From contig NW_003314389.1 of assembly GCF_000143415.4 (NCBI RefSeq), positions 406,848 through 427,373 of the forward strand: a stretch of DNA of 20,526 bases, in the 5' to 3' direction. Shown piece by piece: positions 1-8,081 of this stretch. Below the pieces are notes generated by a model. The model was not told where the DNA came from, ran no database searches, and saw nothing but the letters and a program-made list of their open reading frames with translations. The DNA is from Selaginella moellendorffii (lineage: Eukaryota; Plantae; Lycopodiophyta). Within the stretch, counting starts at the first letter, position 1, and every line of letters starts with the position of its first letter. A program made the position numbers and the translations under genes.

Positions 1-318
1 TATACACATACACATACATATATATACATATACACATACACATACATATATATACACATACACATACACACACATATACACATACACATACATATATATA
101 CACATACACATACACATACATACACATACACATACACATACATATACATACACATACACATACATACACATACACATACATACACATACACATACATACA
201 CATACACATACATACACATACACATACACACACATACACATAAACACACATACATACTCATACATACACATACACATACATATACATACATACACATACA
301 TACATACACATACATACA

Positions 319-350
<32 letters not shown>

Positions 351-393
351 CATATATACATATACATATATACATACATACATACATATACAT
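1..393. repeat. Compound (TACA)n/(TACACA)n/(TA)n microsatellite, open at the window edge
   Basis: Sequence is almost entirely TACA/TACACA/TATA units. The C-terminal YVYMYV part of ORF 258..572 is its translation. Confidence 0.97.
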
Positions 394-2004
394 GTATATG
401 TGGTATATACATGTATATTGTGGTATACCAAAATACCACAATATGATATGTGTGTGTGTGTGTATATATAAGTTTTGGACATCCTAGTTAGGCTATATAT
501 GGTATTTTGGTATACCTGAAAGGAGCAACACTCCATAAGGTGACTTGTTTGGTCAGATATGACTTTTATCAAGAAGCATGAGTTACTTTTTGAGTTTAGC
601 TATCTCATTGATGTTCAAATGGTACGGAGCCTTTCTGGGTAACCAATTTAGAACTGGAGACAATTTCAATTTGATGATCAACCTCATGGCTAGGAGGTAG
701 CTCTAGTGGTAAATCTTTTGAAAAGATATCTTGATTCCTCACTAACAATTCTAGAATTTCCCATGGTATAGGATTAATCCCATCACTAATTCAAACTTGA
801 TCACCATCACCCTCAGCTTCTATTACTTGAACCCAAAAAATCCAACATCCCTTCTTAGCTATTTTTTGAGTTGCTCTTACAATCAGGAACTTAGCATCTT
901 AATCTCTTGAGGAGCACTTTTGCAACTAGAAAGACACATCAAAACAACCTTCTAAACTTAATGTGATGTGATTTTGTCTAGAACCATATATACTTGTTGA
1001 AGAAATTCATACCAAACAGCATATGAAAGTCTAGTATCTTTAACACTACTAAATTCAATTTTTCTTTCCACTTGTATATTTTTATTAGAACATCACTCAC
1101 AAATTTTTTAGCTACTTGCCCACCTGCAAACTAAAGTGTATAATCAACATCCACTCAATCCTAACAACTTAACTAAGTTTTCAAATATCATGTTGTGTAT
1201 AGCTTTGTGTTGGTCATCACTTGGATTCGGTGACCATGAATAAAGCTATAAGATCAATGCTTGCATTGACTGTGAAAAAATCTTAAGGAAAATAACTCAC
1301 TTTATCTTCCTTATAGTCCACATTAACCAATTCACTAACCCCTTAAACTTCATCACCACCATTTTATTGTGTAAGATCTCATCTTATGCTTGTTAGGGCA
1401 TTCTAAGGACTTATGTTTTACCTCTCTATAATGGAAGCAATGACCTATACTACCTGTTCCATTAAAAGTAGGTTTTAAAAATTATTATTACTTGTCCTCA
1501 CCAAGAGGAGGAATAGAGGGTCTAGGACTAGAAGAAACTACTAGTGGTTGCCAGCCACCACCATTGTCAATTATTATTTGTGAGCCTCTAAAGCAAAATT
1601 TACCTTCCACCCTATATTCCATTCACCTTGTTTATTCCTAAAGTTTTTATTTTCATCCAAAGTTCTAATATACAGTTGCTGATATTATTTCATGAGTGAG
1701 TCATTAAAGGCAATTTGTTGTGCGGCCTCCTTACATTCTAGATATGTCTTTGGCTTAAACTTTAAAATTTCATTGCAAGAAAGTGAACTTAAATCTTCAA
1801 AGAAATACCTTTGAGCATCTTCCTCACTCATAATTATAATCATAATGTGTTTCTAAGAAAATACATTAACATAGTGAATAAGGTCCCCATGCTACTTTAA
1901 CCACCATAGCTCTATGTGAAGTTTAAGACAAAAATCATCTAGCAGATAAAAGACTACATTTTAGTTTAACTTCTAGTCTACTCTTTTTCAATGCACACTT
2001 GGTG

Positions 2005-2167
2005 TGTAGCGCATGTGATCATGAGATGAGATTTGGATATACTGTCACTATGGATCTCTTGGAACTTTGGGGGATAAATGGGGATAAAATAGCCACTAAG
2101 GGCTCTCTCATCAAGCAATTGCCCTTTTTCCAGTTGGCTTAAGGGGAGAGAAATAAGGTGCGCTACA
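2005..2167 (+). repeat. TRIM 5' LTR (163 bp)
   Basis: Ends form a 9-bp terminal inverted repeat, TGTAGCGCA...TGCGCTACA. Direct repeat of 2511-2672. Confidence 0.93.
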
Positions 2168-2169
2168 GT

Positions 2170-2181
2170 TGGTATCGGAGC
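2170..2181 (+). promoter_or_regulatory. TRIM primer-binding site (initiator tRNA-Met)
   Basis: TGGTATCGGAGC, 2 nt after the LTR end. One mismatch to the canonical plant TGGTATCAGAGC. Confidence 0.88.
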
Positions 2182-2496
2182 AAATGCGATTCCCATTGAT
2201 TAATGGCTACTTAAAAAATATAATATACCCTTGAGTAAGGTATATTCCTACCCCTAAATTTGAAATCGTACATATTGGGCATCCATGCGTATGTCCTTCC
2301 TCTTGTGTGGAGTATCCACGAACGAAGGTATCCATTGTGGGATTGTGGTACGGGTGGATGACTAATTGCTTCACATGGAATAGCTAATCTACACAATGGA
2401 AGGATTGATAAATTTAGTGCGGAAATGGAGGTGTTGGTTCCCTTTGGCTCAATAGGGGTTGTTAGTTAATAGTCAATGAGGACATTGACATCTCTT

Positions 2497-2510
2497 AAGG
2501 GGGGGGTGAG
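2497..2510 (+). promoter_or_regulatory. TRIM polypurine tract
   Basis: AAGGGGGGGGTGAG directly abuts the TG of the 3' LTR. Confidence 0.88.
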
Positions 2511-2672
2511 TGTAACGCATATGATCATGGGATGAGATTTGGATATAATGTCACCGTGGATCGTTGGAACCTTGGGGGATAAATGGGGATAAAATAGCTA
2601 CTAAGGGCTTTCTCATCAAGCAATATTCCCTTTTCTAGTTGGCTTAAGGGGAGAGAGATAAAGTGCGTTACA
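2511..2672 (+). repeat. TRIM 3' LTR (162 bp)
   Basis: TGTAACGCA...TGCGTTACA; direct repeat of 2005-2167. Confidence 0.93.
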
Positions 2673-3227
2673 TAGTGCCACCAAGATTTGGCATAATTGG
2701 TGAGATGTGCAAGTAAGCTTCATACAATCATCTACGTCCACTACTATGAAATAGTTTTCCATATCATAAAACAAGTCTTTCAAAACTTGATAGTCCCACA
2801 TACCTTTGAAATTAGGTGGTTTTGGGGGCTTAAACTTTAAAATTCATGAAATTAGGGGGTGGTTGCAGAATTTTATCATTCTCAGAACTTGAGAGGTCTC
2901 TAGTTGTTTAGGTTTAATTGCTTTAACTACCTCAATTTTTTTCTTCCTCTTTTTATTCTCCTTGTTTTGATTTGTAAACTTTCTTTTGCAAATTCTGAAT
3001 CTCAGTATCTTGAGCTATATGCATAGTGTAGCCTTTTTCCCAAGTTCTTCCTCTTTTGACTCAACCTCAGCCTCTTTTGTAGCATCTTTAGTAGGAGTTT
3101 CCTTTTATAATTTGCTCATCTAGAGGTTTCAGTGTCATTAGTGTGGTTCTATTTTGCCATTTCATCATTTACTCTATCAATAAATGAATATGCATACAAC
3201 ATTTTTAGAAAATGGTGTATGCTTTGG

Positions 3228-3441
3228 CACTTTGGACTTTCACCCCATTCCCAAGAGTTAGTCTTTATGACACAAAACTTACTAAATATAGAATAGTATT
3301 AGATCACAAATCTGGATGTAAGAACAATGCTATGATATTCATGACACTCTACATTCTATAGATATGCCTCACTGATAAATCTAGATATGTACTATAAATA
3401 GTATGTGGACTGAATGAGATTAATATATAGGATATGATAGT
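3228..3441 (-). mobile_element. Very old fragment of the LARD-family LTR (central part, reverse orientation)
   Basis: Collinear with the reverse complement of ~7248-7478 (shared gagttagtct, aaacttactaaatat, ctctacattc, tagatatgcc, ataaatag, aatgaga), with heavy C>T/G>A decay. Confidence 0.8.
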
Positions 3442-3446
3442 ATAGC

Positions 3447-3541
3447 TGTCATGAATGTGATTGCAAGTATAAAAAATTACTTGTTAGCTAGTCTTTTTGG
3501 ATATTCTTTCTTTATTGCCATGATAGCAAAAGGTTGGTATT
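3447..3541 (+). mobile_element. Very old 5'-terminal fragment of the LARD-family LTR
   Basis: TGTCATGAATGTGA...ttgccatgatagcaaaaggttggtatt is a decayed match to TGTCGCGAATGTGA...ctgccacgatggcaggaggt(c)ggtatt at 6912 and 13058. Confidence 0.72.
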
Positions 3542-3687
3542 TACTTTACTACTATGATTTAGATCAAAACTCTAATTTCATGATCTACAATTGTGTAAAA
3601 GATCAAAAACTCCAATTTATGTCTTATGGATATGGTAAACTATCATATACTTATATTGAGGGACTAGGCTCAACATCATAAGGGTTT

Positions 3688-4009
3688 TGTAAGGAGCCAA
3701 CTCCTCGAGGTATTGTAGGCTAAAGGATCCCTAAAACCATGACTGGAATGATAAAGAGTTCATCGAATGAGACTAAGTCTGAGATTGAGTTTGAGACCAA
3801 GTCTAAGACCATGTTCTAGATCGAGTATGAAGTTTGAGATCAGGTACGAGACCAAGTCCAAGGTCGAGTCTGAGGCCCAATATGGGGTCGAGTCCAAGGC
3901 CCAATTCGAGGTTGAATCTGAGATCGAGTTCAAGATCGCCAAGATTGAGACTAAGTCTGAATATTGATTATGAGGCTCAAAAGCTCAAAGCGATCATCTT
4001 CTAAAGGGG
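3688..4009 (+). mobile_element. Fragment of a family-B LTR (6/12-bp repeat region), opposite orientation to the copies at 4013-5628 and 14757-16121
   Basis: Reverse complement matches 15400-15625 (gatgaactctttatcatt, cctcg.ggagttgg.tcctta). 3970-4009 matches the reverse complement of ~4940-4977 (aaagc.atc.tcttcta). Confidence 0.75.
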
Positions 4010-4012
4010 TGT

Positions 4013-5628
4013 TGTAAGTGACTAAATTTTCCGTTCTATTTTAATCACTTAACCACACTTCCGACCACTTAGAGGTGTTTCACTCACAACCTTCATAAAT
4101 TCTATTTCGGACTTAGGGACTTACTAGCCTCATGAATGGCACTTATACCACTCAGCCTTTGCACTTAGTCCAAGTGCCCCATGTGTTTGATCCCATAATT
4201 GACAATTTAAAGGTATTACCGACATATTAGCCTACCCTTGTTTCATTAGTAGTCCTAGACTACCTATGCTATAATCCTATTTCTCAAAAACTAAGCCATC
4301 CATCCATAAATGGTCATCCTAGGACCTCTCTTTGGCATCCTTAGGATGCTCAGAGATATAGAGAACAACTTTCCCCAATATCCCTTTTTCTATCCCCACC
4401 AAGTCCTCCATGGCCATGCTTGCCAACACTACCACTAGGTCAAGGCCCGAAGGCCCAACAACTAAGTCCCACTAACCTCTAAGACCTCACTATGTGACTA
4501 TATCCTTAGTCACTCCACAAGATGGCTACTCTTTTGCTTTTCCTCTATCCGGGACTTTGGGATGACATTTTGAAACACCGTAGCCCTACACGAGCCTCGT
4601 GGGTACTCTCCCCACATTCTGCCTTTGGGTGCCTTAGCCATGTGGCTAGAGTGAAGTTCTGATGAGCCACACCAAGTATCCAAATAGGTAGTGCCACCCA
4701 CACTTGGATTGGGAGCATCAACCGTTCGATCTCCTAAGGGAGCTAGAGCCGGCTCTTTAACACTTCACCAAGCTACCCCACTTGTTTATCCATATTCACT
4801 CTAGCCTTGGAATCCTTAATGGTTATATCATCACCCAACATGTGGGTATACCTTTTCTTGGTCACACTAGGTTTTCCTAGCTAAACTAGCTCTACTAGAG
4901 TCCTCCCCCTACTATCCTTTTGGAGCTCACCAAACCCCCTAGGGTATAGAAGACGATTGCTTTGGGCTTTCACCCTCGGACTTGGACTCGGACTCGGACT
5001 TGGATTTGGTCTTGGACTCGGTCTCGGTCTTGGTCTCTCTCTTGACCTCAATCTTAGACTCTATCTCAAGACCATCTTGGACTCAACCTTGGACTCCATC
5101 TTAGGTCCATCTCGAACTCCATCTCAGGTCCATTTTAGACTCCATCTCGGGTACATCTCAAATTCCATCTTGGGTCCATGTCGGACTCTATCTTGGGTCC
5201 ATCTTAGACTCCATCTTGGGCCCATCACAGACTCCATCTTGGATCCATCTTAGGTCCATCTCCAACTCTATCTTTGATCCATCTCTGATCCATCTCAGAC
5301 TCCATTTCGGACTCTTTCAAGGACTCGTTCTTGGACTCCTTCTCAGACTCCTGTTTAGACTCATTCCTAACACTTCCATGTGTCATGACACTTGCCATGT
5401 GTTAATCTTTCTTGCCACGACACTTGCCATATGTCCCCTTTTAGAGATTCATTCACTAATTGCTTTGTGCTTATCCTTGAGCACTTCATTGAGAGTTCCA
5501 CTCCCTTTTGACTTTCCAAGTCAAAGCCTTTGGTCCAAACATGTTATGCTTGTTGGACTTTCACTTTGACCACTACCATATGGTACCCTTTCGACTCCAT
5601 TTTGGGGCTTAAAGATTTGTATCTCATA
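4013..5628 (-). mobile_element. Solo LTR, family B (1616 bp)
   Basis: TGTAAG start and decayed CTCATA end (CTTACA in the homolog ending at 16121). Perfect 5-bp TSD GGTGT at 4008-4012 and 5629-5633. No PBS or PPT. Orientation is inferred from the PBS-bearing homolog at 14757-16121. Confidence 0.85.
4977..5360. repeat. Degenerate 6-bp (GGACTC/GGTCTC) and 12-bp (GACTCCATCTTG) tandem arrays inside the LTR
   Basis: Periodicity is visible directly and generates the spurious LGLGLG/LDSI ORFs. Confidence 0.9.
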
Positions 5629-5630
5629 GG

Positions 5631-6045
5631 TGTAAGTGACTTAATTTTCCATTCTACTTTAGTCACTTAAGTACATCTATAACTAGTTGGAGGAGTCTCA
5701 CTTGCAACCTCCATAATTCCTTTTCCCAACTTGGGGACATGCTAGCTTCGTGCATGACATCTATGCCACTTAGCCTTTGTACTTAGTCTAAGTACTCCAC
5801 ATGTCCAATCCTATGATAGACACCTAAAGATACTACTGATATGTCAGTCCATTATACTAAAGCTATGTCCATTCATCTTTGTCTTGTGAGTAGTTTAAAA
5901 CTACCTATACCATAGTGTCGTCTCTCAAAGATTGGGCCATCTGTCCATGAGTGGTCCTCCCATGACTAGATCTTAGGATGCCTAGACACATGGGGAACAC
6001 CCTTCCCCAATATCCCTTCTTTGGTCCCCACTAAGTCCCTTTCCA
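5631..6045 (-). mobile_element. Truncated family-B LTR (target of the solo LTR insertion)
   Basis: Diverged direct repeat of 4013-~4410 (TGTAAGTGACT...ttccccaatatccctt). Homology stops just before the LTR at 6060. Confidence 0.85.
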
Positions 6046-6059
6046 TCCACAGTTGTACT

Positions 6060-6676
6060 TGTTGTAAATGTAACTTTGGGTATTGAAAGTTACCTGTTGG
6101 CTAATCCTTTAAGATATTTTTTCCTTATTGCCACAATGGCAGGAGGTCCATATTGTTGGATCTTTTATTAATCTCCACCTAAGCTAGTTAAGAAACTGGT
6201 CATCACATGTGCATTTAGACTAGAAGGCCACTAAGGAAGAAAATCCTAAGTTGTCATTTAGTCAAGTATACTTGACACGGTGATGAGAAATTCATAATGT
6301 TGACTTGCACTTGCTAGTGTTAGGAACCCCCACAATATTGAAATTGGTCCCTCAATATTCACTAGATGATACCTTACTGTGTCTACCAAACACCTTCACT
6401 ATTATGCCCATTATGTTAATCTCATTTCGATCCCAAATACTATTTATGGAAAGTGTCTAGATTTTCCCATTTAGCATATTTATGGAATGTAAAGATTGTC
6501 CTAAACACAATGGATTTTGTACCATATCCAAATTTGCAATCTAGGGACATTCTATATTTAGTGAGTTTTGAGCTTGTCCTAGAGACTAACTCTTGGTACT
6601 AAGGGAGGCTTGGGGTGAAAGCCCAAAATATGTGTTCCTCAAGGGGGAGGGGGTGGGGGGGGGTGGGGGGGCTATA
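6060..6676 (+). mobile_element. Older truncated copy (5' half) of the LARD-family LTR
   Basis: Starts TGTTGTAAATGTAAC and is collinear with 6912-7515 with many transitions. Ends a few bases after the G tract. Confidence 0.9.
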
Positions 6677-6906
6677 CATATCTGTGACAAATATCTTCTT
6701 TGCCATAAATGCATTCACATACTCTTGAATGGTTTCAGTTTGCTTTAGCTTACTCAACTCATCCCTTAGGTGCAGAGTACGATTTGAAGGAACGTAAGTC
6801 GCACAAATCCTCACCTTCATCATTACCTAAGTGGCCACTGGTTCTTCGTTGGCCTTTATTATTCTCCACCAAGACTTGGCATTATCTGCCAATTATGGTT
6901 TTGCAT
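6677..6906 (-). pseudogene. gag: Gypsy gag, element C, 3' piece (retrotransposon gag domain)
   Basis: AKP*LADNAKSWWRIIKANEEPVAT*VMMKVRICATYVPSNRTLHLRDELSKLKQTETIQEYVNAF. Joins the 14213 piece in frame as EKVPYAKP when the LARD and one TSD are removed. Confidence 0.88.
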
Positions 6907-6911
6907 ATGGG

Positions 6912-8068
6912 TGTCGCGAATGTGACTTCAGGTATCGAAAGTTACCTGTCGGCCAGTCCTTACGGACACTCTTACCTTACTGCCACGATGGCAGGAGGTT
7001 AGTATTGCTGGACCCTTTATTAGTCCCTTTTGTTCAAGTGTTAGTAAACTGGACTTTGCATCTGTACTTGGCCGGATGAGCATAAGGAAGGAATTCCTAA
7101 GTGTCTATTTAGCTGAGCATACTCGGCCCGGCTTGTTAGTTCTCTTTTGCTCTGTCTTGCACTGGCTTGACAAGAACCCTCGCACATTGAGATTGGTCCC
7201 TCAATATCGCTACATGATAGCTTACCGTGTCTGCCAAACACCCTCGCTATCATGCCCTTTGTGTTAGTCTCATTTTGGTCCCAAATGCTATTTATGGAAA
7301 GTGTCTAGATTCGCTCATTTGGCATATCTACGGAATGTAGAGGTCGGCCTGAACACAATGGTGTTCGTCCCGTGTCCAAATTCGCAATCTAAAGACATTC
7401 CATATTTAGTAAGTTTCAAGCTTGTTCTAGAGACTAACTCCTGATACTAAGGGAGGCTTAGGGTGAAAGCCCAAAGCGTGTGTTCCTCAAGGGGGGGGGG
7501 GGGGGGGGGGGCTATGGGGGGTTCCAAATGTATAGTAGGGATAGTGGGTAGGTCGGGCATGGCCGACCAACCTGAGGCATAGTCTAGCTCTCGCTTGCGT
7601 GCTTGTCCTTGTTCTGCATCCGGCTTGGGTCTAAGCCCAAGTTCCATTCCATGCTAGTTGGTGGAGTACCCATATCCTTGCGTTAGGCCACCGGTATGCC
7701 GAAATAGCGCCAGACTCCGTTTGGCTCCGTTTTGTGTGCTAGTCCTGGCATTGGGATGCTGGTTGCTCCAGGACTGTTCCAAGTCGCTCCGGGCCCCTGT
7801 CCCTTCGCTCTTTGGGCTATATGCTCGGGAGTTGCTCCGTGGTCCGGTTCCATCACTCCTTGGTGTCACGCTTGGGAGTTTGGCACCGTTCCTTCGTTCA
7901 GTGGCCCAAGGCCCTGAACCTCGGGTTCCTATGGACACGTGGCACGGACACGTGGTATGTGACACATGGCATCTGTCACGTGGCACAAAGAGGGTTTAGG
8001 TTCCGCTTCGTGGTGTTATCCTATGGTAAATCACCATAGGATAAAGGGTCAAAACCACGTGCGCTACA
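6912..8068 (+). repeat. LARD 5' LTR (1157 bp)
   Basis: About 23 substitutions and a 7-nt poly-G length difference versus the 3' LTR (manual count). Confidence 0.97.
7933..7986 (+). promoter_or_regulatory. G-box/ABRE cluster in the LTR (second copy at 14072-14125)
   Basis: Four CACGTG-type boxes in 54 bp. The first is GGACACGTGGC (Em1a-type ABRE). All four are intact in the 3' LTR; one is CACATG in the 5' LTR. Function is not shown. Confidence 0.55.
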
Positions 8069-8070
8069 TT

Positions 8071-8081
8071 TGGTATCAGAG
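8071..8081 (+). promoter_or_regulatory. LARD primer-binding site (initiator tRNA-Met)
   Basis: TGGTATCAGAG, 2 nt downstream of the LTR-terminal CA. Confidence 0.92.

Larger units (their letters stand above)
2005..2672 (+). mobile_element. TRIM (terminal-repeat retrotransposon in miniature), 668 bp, non-autonomous
   Basis: Two TG...CA LTRs (2005-2167, 2511-2672; ~88% identical by eye). PBS at 2170-2181, PPT at 2497-2510. Five-bp TSD with one mismatch (TGGTG 2000-2004 / TAGTG 2673-2677). Removing the element restores the gag frame AKSWW-HQVC. Confidence 0.93.
517..3160 (-). pseudogene. gag-pol: Decayed Ty3/gypsy gag-pol, element A (gag, zinc knuckle, protease, N-terminal RT), interrupted by the TRIM and truncated in RT
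   Basis: Minus-strand translation with stops and frameshifts. gag: PPNFKGMWDYQVLKDLFYDMENYF...AKSWW|HQVCIEKE and MSEEDAQRYFFEDL...FKPKTYLECKEAA. Decayed CX2CX4HX4C knuckle: HCFHYREVKHKSLECPNK (~1390-1445). Protease-like: IQVMTNTKAIHNMI (~1185-1228). RT N-terminus: DIFSKDLPLELPPSHEVDHQIEIV...APYHLN...LLDKSHI*PNKSPYG (517-730). Confidence 0.9.

Noticed and set aside
2005-2672. TRIM as a Cassandra element or retrozyme
   Set aside because: No 5S rRNA-like segment and no hammerhead core (CTGANGA...GAAA with stems) was found by eye.
4003-4012. AAAGGGGTGT as a PPT for the LTR at 4013
   Set aside because: It is the G run of an interrupted family-B LTR fragment plus the TSD.
5620-5640. Head-to-tail LTR junction as an integrated 2-LTR circle
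   Set aside because: The GGTGT duplication on both sides of 4013-5628 explains it as an ordinary insertion, and the two LTR copies are strongly diverged.
7990-8000. GGGTTTAGG as telomeric repeat
   Set aside because: Barely more than one unit; expected by chance.
7041-8039. Duplicated ORFs in both LTRs (e.g. 7654..7986, 7658..7999)
   Set aside because: No recognisable domain; their conservation only reflects LTR identity in GC-rich sequence.
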